Shown: positions 27,405-38,500 of the stretch, piece after piece
How the letters are laid out: each line of letters opens with the position of its first letter
Numbering within the stretch: position 1 is the first letter of the stretch
Source: Paraspadella gotoi
Taxonomy: Eukaryota > Animalia > Chaetognatha
NCBI GenBank assembly: GCA_051294375.1
Contig: CM119266.1
Span: 22,419,114-22,483,113 of the forward strand
Direction of reading: 5' to 3'
Length of the DNA stretch: 64,000 bases
Made by a program: the position numbers and the translations under genes
Notes under the pieces: model-generated
What the model was told of the DNA's origin: nothing
The model's input: the letters and a program-made list of their open reading frames with translations, nothing else
The model's database searches: none

Positions 27405-29394
27405 GAGAGAGCGAGAAGGACGGGGGTCGAGTCTTGTGATAAGGAGAATGAGAGAGAGAGAGAGAGAAAGGGAAGGTGGGGATTGAAGAGAAAGGGAGGA
27501 AAGAGAAGGAAAGGGAGGAAAGAGAAGGAAAGGGAGGAAAAGGAGGAAAGAGGAAAAAAGAGCGAGGGAGCCTTTGCGATAAGAGATAAATAGGGACGGA
27601 GAATTCGTGACAAGTAAAAGAGTGAGGGCAACCATGGGGAGAAGAACGGGTTGGGTAAAGAACGGGTGGGGCAAGGGCTGGGGTGCAGGAGCGAGGGGCG
27701 AAACGCTGGGCGTGGCCCGCGAGTTCCGGGGGGAATCGCATATCAAATCATCCTCGTTTCACAAGTGGATGCGTCGCCGTTGTTATCTGGATTCCGGATT
27801 CGGTCGAAGAAAAAAAAAACCGTCGCCTTCTTTTTTTTTTTTTTTTTAGACACTTTCCTCCCATCTTTTTTGTTTAATTATTTTTTTTTAAATCCATTTT
27901 TCCTTTTCTTTTTTGTTACTAACAAAGCGTACGCTTTCGAACTTTTCTTGTGTTATAGGAATTTGAAACTTATTCCATGAGCAGCTTTTTTTTATTTTTT
28001 GTCAATCTTATTTTTTTATTCTTTACCTTGAATTTATTTTTTTTTTTAAATTTTGTTTTTTCCTCTCATGTCGAAGACGACCAAACAAGTTTTCAATTTT
28101 TCCGACCTTATTATAGAAAACAGTTTAATTAAAATTAAAAGATTATTTTCACCAGTTAAAAATGCATTCTCACTTCGTTTTTCTCTTCTTTTCTGAAAAA
28201 TAGTATACAGAAAATACCGTTTAAAAAAAGGATAAAAAAAAAGAAAGAGAATCAAAGCAGAGGCCGGCTTGCTGTATATTCAGTAAGAAAGAACAAAGGA
28301 AAATCAAAAACATTTTCTAATTATAAAAGAAAAAAGATGACAATTACTACTTCTACTTCTGCCCGGTCTTCCGGGTTATCGTCGATAATCTATTTAATTT
28401 TTTTTTTCTAAATACAATTTCATAATTATTTAGACAGGAACGCGCGACATAAAAATGTGTAACAAGAGAAAATATCCTGTTTTTCTAAAGTTTTGAAAAG
28501 AATTTGCAGCATTAAATCACACGAACACACATCGTGAGGTCTTAAATCAAAAGTTTCACCTACTTTTTAACCCTCACTCAATTCAGCAAATATCGTCTCT
28601 CTTTTTCCTAAAACCGAAGGGAGTGATTTAAAACGCGTCAACTAAAAAGTGTGTTGATTCGTATCCCAACCCGTTTCAGTGTCTCTCTCTCTATCAGAAG
28701 AGAAATGTTGAGTCATTACTAAATGGACGAAGATTGTTTTGATTGTGGATTTTGATAAGAACATTCAAAAATCTGTTAAAAACAACACCGTTTTATTCTC
28801 TCGAAAAAATTTCGGACGTTTAAAAATTTTAGTATGTATACCATTAGAAATAATAATTCTCAAAATTTTTGTTTACTCATTACTACACCATCTTAAATAA
28901 TACTGAATTTTATAACTTAAAGTGATAAAATCCCCACATGCGTAATTTTCCCCTGTCTCTCTCTCTCTCTCTGCAGAAAATTATTATCGTTTAAGTTTTT
29001 ATAACTATATTAAATAAAAACTTAAAGCGAGAAAAAACACGTTAAAAAAACATTACAAAAACAATAAAAAACCGGCTTCTTCCGTATTATTCGAATTTCT
29101 CGGAAATGTCACAATTTCCCTTTTTTCGAGTTCGAAGGGCGAAGCCTGAGGCACGTTGCTCAATTAAGCACGAATACATCCCACGCTTTTTTATCTTAGA
29201 CTGAAAAGGTCCTTTAAGTAGGAAAAAAAAAGAATAAAAATAAAACAAAAATATTTATAATAATAAACAAAAACTAAAGCAAAAAAAAAAAAAAAGACGA
29301 AGAAAGATTTTGTTTATAAAACAATTTTCAGTCTTGCCCAACACAGATACATCGAGAACGTAACAAAGAAAATCACGCTCATCATTTAATCGAA

Positions 29395-29486
29395 GAACTG
29401 GCGAGCCGACGAACTGGCGAACAGGCTAGCCGGCCAACGGTCTAGCCGGAGAACCGGCCAACCGTCTAGCCGGAGAACTGGCGAAG
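29395..29486. repeat. Short GC-rich tandem repeat (GAACTGGCGA / CCGGCCAACNGTCTAGCCGGAGAAC units)
   Basis: Direct inspection of imperfect ~10 and ~25 bp units. Confidence 0.75.
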
Positions 29487-30454
29487 CGAGGAAGCGTTTC
29501 ACTCGTTGTCGACTCTATTATTAATTATTTGCTTTCTTTGCTTTGACCACGGATTCATGTTTGGCCGTAAAAATAAATCCTTGTGCGTTGAAATCCTCGC
29601 TCAAACATCGATGACCTTACCACCATCACCTCCTCCTCATCCTCCTCCTTCTCCTCCTCCTCATTTTTTGATGTCTGGGTTTAAACCGTCACTTTTCTCA
29701 GTTCTTGTACTTTTTTATTTTCACTTGTTGCTTCGATTCGATCCTCGTTTCTTTTTTTTTCTTTTTTTTTAAATTTTATTTGACCTCCGTTTTTATTATT
29801 TTTCTTTGGGAATTTTATTTCCAGCTTCGATGCACAGTTTTTTGAAAATGAAGGAAGTCCCAACGGATTCGAACCATACTCAAGTCGCCCGTCAACGAAG
29901 AAGACTGCGTTCGTCCAGAGGAATTGGAGAGGGTAGGAGGTGGAGGAAGCCGTTGGCGTCAATTATAAAAAGGAAAGGAGGTGGAGATTGACGCATCGGC
30001 TACGAGGTGACGCAGCCGTCGGTCACCGGTGACGGCGAACTTTTAAGTTTCCTCGGCGCCGAAAATTCAGCGAACCTCAAGAGGAAATTCGAAAAATGGA
30101 AAAGAAAAAAAAAAAAAACCCACAAAAATCAAACCGCGGAAGCTACGATCACCTGACGTGGGAAAAATTACAAATGAAATCGAGGTGAAAAATCAAATTG
30201 GTTGTAAATACGTTTTCTCGGCCTCATTATTACGGACTAAAACTTTTATCCCGATCGGTTTTTAATGTTCTAGATAGCATTCCTTTTTGCTTTTTATCGA
30301 CATTTATTACAAATTTACTTTGCAAAGAGATTTTTGAAGTTTATTTACTCTTGCGTGTATAATTTAAATGTATAGAATTGTTTTAATTTGATTTAGTTTT
30401 TGTCACGCTAATTCTTTAAATTACTTTGTCTCAATATTACCATATTAATAGTAA

Positions 30455-30690
30455 TGAAGAGACAGCAATTATTGATAAGTGTTAATGACAGAACCGTTCA
30501 ATATAAGCAGTCCCTGAGCTTCGGATCAGGCTGTAACACCATGTTACAGGCGGGTTAAGCGCCCCGTCCCTCTTAACTGCCAGACGACCACCGGGCTAGA
30601 ACCCCGGACCTTTGGGTTGGGAGGCGAATGACTTGCCTCCGGCACCAATGGCCACTGATGAACGGTTGGTGGATTTTAGTCCACCATAGT
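30455..30690 (-). mobile_element. Dispersed ~235 bp repeat with a tRNA(Gly)-like core, subterminal inverted repeats and a terminal hairpin
   Basis: Minus strand 30653-30585 reads GGCCATTGGTGCC...TTCGCCTCCCAA...CCGGGGTTCTAGCCCGGTGGTC (tRNA-Gly-like anticodon arm, B-box). AACCGTTCA (30492) and TGAACGGTT (30659) are inverted; hairpin at 30667-30686; at least 3 other copies or fragments in the window. Confidence 0.7.
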
Positions 30691-30780
30691 AATTAAGAAA
30701 AAATGGTTATACTTCATAATAAAAAATAATATTTTCAGGAATAAACCACAAATGAAATTAAAAAACCCTAATCAAAGAAG

Positions 30781-33700
30781 ATGAAACGCCTCGCCAGAGT
30801 CGCCCTGATTATTGCCTCGTTCAACTTCGTCGCATCCCTGCTCCCGTCATCCGCAAATTCGGACTTCTCAAAGACCGGAACCAATCTGTCCGCAGCCGCA
30901 CAGATCTCTTCGAACGGCTCCTCGGTGCCCGATCTCCCAATTACTTTTCTCCACGCCTCCAAATGCGTCGCCGTCACCGTCAAAGAAGTCATCTACGAAG
31001 AGAACGGTTACGTGACGATTCCGTGGTCGCGATATCTCGTTCCCCAGTGGACGCGGGCTTGGCTGGCACTGGGTGACCAGCATTTTCTTTTCGACGGGCA
31101 AGTCGTGAGAGACGAACACATCGCTCTTTTGGTGGAATTCGTCGATGAATTTCGGAGAGAATTGAAGGAAATGTTGAAGGTTATCGGATATCGTTTCGCC
31201 GAACAGGTGAGTTAAAATTTTTAACATTGCAAAAGAATGAAATACATACTAACTACAGGCACGCGAAGGTTTTTGGCACCTTTGATTATATATTTCGATT
31301 TTATATAATTCGATTTTCGGGCTGAACTAATGAGGATTGTGATTTTTTTATGTTTTGAGGTTGCTAATCACGATTTAGTGTAAAATCATTTATTTTGTTA
31401 TAATTAAACCGTTATCTTCCTAGAATTGCACTCGCGACCATTGGAGTCAAAAAATGAACGCCGACTTTGTACTCTTCGACAACGAGGACGAACCCCAAAC
31501 GACCCAGGTCCTCACCTCCTTCGATTTGAACTACGGCTGCCACTTTGACGCGTCGCTCGCGATCGACGAGTCCCATTTGCTGCTCAATAAATCTCTGGTG
31601 AATTCTTTCCTGCGGCACGTGGCTCCCGCTTACGTGGGTTCCGGAGGGCCAGACCCCGCCATCCGTGACGCGTCCGCCATGGTTACCAAGTTGCCAAAGA
31701 TTCTATACGCCGATGAGATAGCCAAATGGATCTCCGATGATGAGGACGGTTATGAAAGTACGTTTTTATATGCATTGATCGAATTTACTACAAATTTCTT
31801 ATTACCCACGTCTTTTTGACAACTTCGCTTAACTTTATTTTAATTTAATTTAATTTTATTTTATTATAAACTCATTAAAAAATTTATTCAAATTTAGCTG
31901 AAACCTTCGATGACCTATTTCTTTCGCGTTTTGAAGAAGACGAATTCATTGAACAAATTATCGACTACCACGAGCTCTCCCGATTTTTGAAAGAGCGCTT
32001 TGATAGGATAACCAAGCTACTAAACAATATTGGAAGCGCCGCTTTGAACCACGCCTTAGTCTATTATCAGCCAGAGAAGACCTTGAGCAACTCTAAGCAA
32101 CTCAGGTAACGTTGTACACAAAAAAAAATCGTATATAGTACTACTTATATACTATCGCTGTAAAATAAAAAAATCGAATCAAATTTCAGGTCATTAATTC
32201 CATGGTCGAGCGACGATCCTCTAGGCGATCATCTCATCTTCGCCGCCAACTATCCTCGCAACGTCTTCGCCGACAAAGACTCGTTTCTCGACGGCTTTCT
32301 CGACGACATAAATGTCCATCCCGTAGAGATCGACGGCGAAACGACAAAGGCGCGCCTCCTCGTGACGACGCCGAACCTCTTGTCGCCACCCGCGGGCCTT
32401 TTGTTGGAGATAACGTCTCTCGACAACGTTCACTTTCTTCGTGACGGTCATTACGTAAAGATGAGTGACTCGACATCCGCTCCGACGCGAACGATGATCG
32501 ACCTTCGTGACGTCAAAGATTTCAGCCTCGATCGGTTAAACGACTCCGAGTATCTGGCCAGATTGGCGCGCAACAACGCGACGCGCGTGAGGTTGGATCC
32601 ACGCCGGTATTGTCGTTACCGGTATTTGCCCGGCGAGCAGCGGAGGAAGCTTTTTTGCAACTTTGCCCTGGAGGAGGAAAGACATCAAAGTTTTCGTAAT
32701 TCAACCCAAGGCAAATATATTTATGCTCAGCTACGGTGCGCGGCGACCATTTTGGAGACCATGGATCTAGAACCGTCCTCAGGAGTGGAAGAGCAACTGG
32801 TAGAGGCTTGTAATACAACAGCCGCGTTTGACTTTGAAATGGTTTACAAAGCTAGACGCTTCATGGCCTATTCGCCGACGGGATTGTTAGCGATGACCGA
32901 TCGCGAGTTTCGGTAAGGGAGAGTTGGAGCTGATTGGATAAATGAAATAAATCATTCAATGATTGATTCGTTAATTCCTTGATCTAATGTCTGTAATGAT
33001 TCAATTATTGGTTTTGCGTAATTTTGATTCGTTCTCAGTCATTAATTTATCCATTTACATATCTATTTCTTTCAAGTCTTTCTTTCATTAATTTAATAGT
33101 AATTTCAATATTAATTTTTTCAGTTTTGAATTAATAGTTAAATTTTTTTTGGGTTAATTTTACTTTCGCCGACCGACTTTAATGTTAAGGGTAGTTATGG
33201 AGTAGTTTAGGATTAGGGTTATGAGGGTTTAAGGTTAAAATAATAATTGGTTTAAAAATAAATATTTTTAAGTAAAATAGTAAAATAATAAAATTTTATT
33301 TATATTTTTCATAATCTTTTATGCTTAATTTAATTCAAATATTTTTGGCGTGATTTTATTTTCCCTTTTAAGGTAAAGTAAATTAATAATTAATTTTTTA
33401 ATAGTTTTAAAAAAAAAACCCCAGTCGTCGAAAGTAAAATTTTACCCTATTTTTTTTCACCCTAGATTCAATTCCATTCTAATTATTCATCAGGGCAACG
33501 CGTTTCACCGGTTTCGATACTTTACTGTTGTCCGAAGCGGAAGCAACCGGAATGCATTGCATCCACGTGGATCGAAACGAGTTCATCCAAGTGACTTTCA
33601 ACGACGACCAAACTTTCCTCTCGCCGTTGGAGCACGAGGAACGACACTTCTCCACCCGTTCCACCGTACAATCGGACGGCCATTTCCGTGATCCTTCAAG

Positions 33701-35374
33701 CGCAGTTAACGTGAAACGGGATCGCTTCACCGTAGTTCGGAGACTCCCTGTTCCGGATTTGGTTGCGTCGCTTGAGTTTAGCCTCGCGAGTCACTTTTTG
33801 CGATTCATTTTTTTTTTCATCTTCGTCCAAAATTGCATTCTGGCGCATTATTTTCCCCTTTGGGCTATCCCGATGTTTAACGTCGTAATCATTTCTTGGT
33901 TAGTTGGTTATTTTCTAGCCTCAGTTAACCTAATATAAATTCATTTACATTCCTTGTTTTACACCTGATTCTTTCCCCTCGTTTTAATGTACGTATTCAT
34001 ACAAAAGTATTTTTAAATTATCTGTATTCAGAGAAAACGTACCCTTGCATTAATAAAAGTGATAATATGCCATGAGGCTTCTTTATACACGCTATTTGGA
34101 TTAGTGAGAATTCGGCTTTAAAGAAAAGAAAATATTTTGATTTCCAAATCATTTTCACTTTTTATTTCGCGCTCTCAATCGCCCGCAGTTCTAACGAATG
34201 ATTTTTTGGCACTATCTACTAAATCCAATCATGAGTTATGTTGAAGGAAATCACTATAATTAATGCCATTAATGGTGGTTTTTACTTAAAAATAAACTTA
34301 ACAACAACATTATAAATCAGTTTGGAGTCTATACTAACAATTTGCCCTGTATTTTTCTCTCGCCAGACGGGCGAATAATTATTAAGGTGGAGTGATAAAA
34401 AAATTAAGCAATTAAATATTATTTTTTTGCTGCTTATGGATATATAATTAACAAATTTTAAATCCTTTTTAAAATTTTTTTAATATAATAGTGTAATAAA
34501 TTTAATTTTAATATAATTTTTTATAAAATTGTTAAATTTTAAAATATTTTTTTATTTTTAATAGATTTGGATTTATTGTAAAAAATTAAATTTTTATAAA
34601 ATATATCATATGATATTTTAATGTTTAGATTATAAAAAAGTTTTTATTATAAAAAATAAGTTATAAATTTTTTTTTAAATATTAAAGACGATAAAATTTT
34701 TAATAATATATTTTATATTTTTAATTTAATTTTTTATAAAGAATTTAAATTTTTAATTTTTAATATAAATATTTTGTTTTAACAAAATATATTTTTTTAT
34801 TAATTATATTATTTTGTATTAAAAATCGTTATTTAATCATGTAAAATGATTTTTATGTTTAAATGCTTTATTTTAATAATCATAAGAAGTTAAGAATTTA
34901 AATATAGTTTTTAATCGGTAAGATTTTTTAGATTTATGTTTTATATTTTTTCACTCATTTGTTTGTTATATTTATAAAATAATTTTTCTATATATAAACG
35001 AGTTCAGATTTTTAGCTTTTTCTTTTAATGTTATATTATTAATTTATTATCATATATCATTCATTTTTTTTAGGAATTTTTTATTAACTTTCTTTGATAG
35101 TAACGTCTGGCGAGATCACTATACTTTTAAGATTTGAATGAATAGGAAATCGACCAAGTCAAAAAGTCAACCAAAAAATCATTTTCTCATTAAAATTATT
35201 GAAAGCTGCGCTATTTCTTTTAGGTTTATCGACGACAGTCTTCGACCCAACTTCGGCATTGAACCATTTTGGTGGATTTACTTCGCTCTCTTTCGAGCGG
35301 CTGCTTTGTTATGGTCCTTCATATTTCCGCCCTTGCCGCCAAGAAGGGAAGAAACTATTCTGCGACGCGGTTAA
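30781..35374 (+). CDS. Uncharacterised signal-peptide + ectodomain + C-terminal multi-TM protein, paralogue 1 (~748 aa; 6 exons)
   Basis: Exons 30781-31206, 31424-31757, 31898-32105, 32190-32912, 33494-33898, 35224-35374; all GT-AG with consistent phases. N-terminus MKRLARVALIIASFNFVASLL. Aligns along its length with paralogue 2. Reading exon 5 through to the stop at 33938 gives an alternative 711 aa form. Confidence 0.85.
33151..33447. mobile_element. MITE with ~23 bp imperfect TIRs and internal telomere-like TTAGGG variants (intron 4 of paralogue 1)
   Basis: GGGTTAATTTTACTTTCGCCGAC ... GTCGTCGAAAGTAAAATTTTACCC; related ends at ~8683, ~15340-15361, ~16343 and 63371-63537. Confidence 0.75.
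34358..35115. mobile_element. Extremely AT-rich MITE-like element with perfect 12-bp TIR
   Basis: TCTCGCCAGACG (34358-34369) and CGTCTGGCGAGA (35104-35115) bracket an almost pure A/T interior. Confidence 0.65.
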
Positions 35375-35597
35375 AACTGAAATCTATTTTTGCCTGTTAA
35401 TTTTTTTGGCATCAGTTTTAATACTTTTATGTAGTAATGTACTTTTTATGAACGTTCATGTCCTGACTTGCTTCATTTTTTCTATTTTATATGTTATGAT
35501 ATAAGAAAAATGTTCTTATTTTGTTTTAAGAGAATCGCGAAATAATATATAAATCCATGGATTGCTAACAAAACTGAAGGATCGATGATCAGAGAAG

Positions 35598-38500
35598 ATG
35601 TATTATTTTCGAGGGAACATTGACCTCGTACTCGTTCTCGCAATCTCCTCTCTCTGCCATTGCTCGACTCAAAATTTCGAATCTGTCCTCGACCCTGATG
35701 CCAAAATCGAGTCAACCGGATCCGATGATTCTCCAGAAACTTCTTCAGGTCCTACTTCAGAATCAGAGATATCAATATCACTTGAAGCAGCTTCCGATCA
35801 AGTTTCTATTGAAGAGACGAAAACCGAGGGTAATTCAAAATCGGCTGATGGTGCACAATCGATCGATAGTGCTGCTCACTTCCATCCTTCATTTTCTGGC
35901 CCTCCGTCATTCTCTCATAAGATAAAAGAAATTATTGATACGATTTACACTGTTTCTTTCGGAACTCAATTTTATGAAACTGTAAAAGTAACAGCCTTTG
36001 ATGCACCTCACATCTCTGACATAACATCTCATTTGGACATTAATCTTTTCGAATCCTCGTCATCGCTCCAATCTTTTCATGACTTTTCTTACCAATCGTC
36101 TCCCGATGCTTCTGCCCAATCATTTCCTGACGTTTCTATCCAATTGGCTCGTGACGCTTGTCCCGACGCTTCTCCATCAACGAAAGCGTTTCCACCATTG
36201 TCTTCGGACTGTTCTTTACAATCTACTCTGACATCATCTGACATTTATCCATCTTTCGATCCTGATCGCCAATCATTACTCGACTCTTCTCTCCCATCCC
36301 TGGAAGCTTCTTCCCAATTAGAAATCGATATTAGTAAATCCACAAGCGAAACGATTGATTATTCAACAGTCATATCAAAAGCGACTGAATCAGCTGATTT
36401 TTCTGAAACCAATTTTCATTCACGTTTCCTAGAAATTGCTCGATCCAACGGTATTGCGAATCCTGCGCATGCTCTGCCGGTATCAGACGAGCGTTTGGAC
36501 GATGCAACATCTCCAGCTGAGGATGATTCCCCATCATTTCCTGAACACGCGTCGTCCACCAATACTCTGACTTCGTCTAACTTGCCGGCATCAACCTCAG
36601 AAAATTCCGCGGGCATTGATGAAACGTCGACAGACAGCTATGAAAGGATATCTACCTACTCGTTAAAGAAATTATCTCCCGACACCTTGGAAACACTATC
36701 TCGCGATATCTTAAAAATATCTGACGCTTTTAAACCGATTTTTGGAGAGAATCCTAGCTCCCATGATGCGTTAAATACTAAAAAGAGCTCAAGAAAATCC
36801 CACAAAGGAAAAGTTGTGAATGAAGTGGACGAAGATCTTGACTTTCCCAAAACCTTCCTTCATCGGTCAAAATGTTGCGGAATCACCGTGAAAGAGATTG
36901 TCTACGAGGAGGACGGTCACGTGATAATTCCATGGACCAGAAAAATCATCCCTGATTGGATGTCAACTTGGTTGAATCAACGTAAACCACAAGACTATCA
37001 GCCCGGAGATATGCTAGATTACTCGGTGTCAACGGCAATAGGTTTCGTCAGAGAGGTTCGAAACCTACTGGTTAAAACACTCAGCTTGGCCCAAAACGCC
37101 AAAAACGGAACGACGTCGGTAAATGTATAAAAAAAAAATTACATAATATTAATGTGATTTCAGAATTTTTAAATATTAATTTAATATGACAAACTTCAAC
37201 ATAAATTTAGATATATTATATTATATATTTAGTTTATCTAATTTTCTTTACTAAACTCTAATAGATATCAATTTTTTTCCCTCAGAACTGCACATCTGCT
37301 CAATGGAACCAATTTTTTCCCGTGGATTTTATCCTCTTTGATAATATGGATGAGCCTCAGAAGGCAAGCCTACTTTCTTCCGAATGGGGACTTGAATACC
37401 CTTGCTTTTTCCGAACAACTCCAAACGATACGGAACCCGATAAGCTTCAAATCCAAGCAGTCGGCAACTTTCTTCAGCGAGTGACTCCGATCTATGAAGG
37501 GTTCGGCTTTCATCATCCTGTTTTTAACGACGCCGCCGGCCGCATGGTCGCGGACGCCTTTGTTCGAAGCTCGCTCGAATCTTGGGACGTCGACTCGATC
37601 CACGATTGGGTCTTCCGCAATATTCGGCAGCCTAAAGAGCCTTTCGACGAAATGTTTATTACGGAGATCGACGAGAGAGAATTTTTCGGTCTCATGGGCA
37701 AAGAAGACATATTTTCAATTTTTTTACAGAGGAAGGGGCAGAAAATGGAAGAATTTATTAAACAGATTCAAGTGGCTCTTCTACTCAATGGTAATCTTAT
37801 ATATCATCGTCAAAAAACGATGTGGCCTCCTGATTATGACCACCCGAACCCATTTTTCGGTGGAGTTCCATTCAGGTTAGTACTAATTGTTGATAACATA
37901 GTACATAATACTCAGTTCTTTTTAAGTGCCTTATCCTCGGCTAAAATCTTGGGTTGGTGGTGAATGTGGGGCGAATGACTAGCGTTCACGATACGCCGTG
38001 CCTGATCCAAACAGATGTTTCTTATTTGTCTAAAACGAATTAATTGTGAATCGCGTAAGCGATGAACTATATAACTGGTCATTTTTATCTCGCCCGTCTT
38101 GGCGTGATTTTGGTTCGCCTCTGCTTCTTTGTGACCGTAGTCGTCGTTGTCGTCGTCACGCTTCTTACCATTGTAAATTGTTTTCTCTTTTAATTATATG
38201 TCGCTCTCTATCTCTTTTCCGTCGCTGCTTCTTCTGATTCGTCTAAAACCGAATTAAGCTCTGCAGCGGCTGTCCAGTTTCTCTATCTTTTTTTAGCCGG
38301 ATCTGCTTATCAGCAAATTCAAGCTGCATTAATTAATTATTAATAAATAAGTAATTAATTATTTGTAATTAATTAATTTTGTTATCGAGATTGTTGTTTT
38401 GTAATTAAGAGGCGAGACTGGAAAACGATTTTGACACGAATAAACAAAATTAATATTAATTAATTAATTACTTATCGTGGGCAGATCCGGCATTGTTTGC

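Noticed and set aside
30585-30653. Functional tRNA-Gly gene or HDV-like ribozyme (GGCGAATG)
   Set aside because: The D and anticodon stems pair poorly and the sequence is part of a dispersed repeat; no nested double pseudoknot could be built.
35199-35504. Frame containing KKLFCD, resembling the family motif
   Set aside because: The alternative frame splices in phase and matches the paralogue-2 C-terminus better; the 5-aa match is probably chance.
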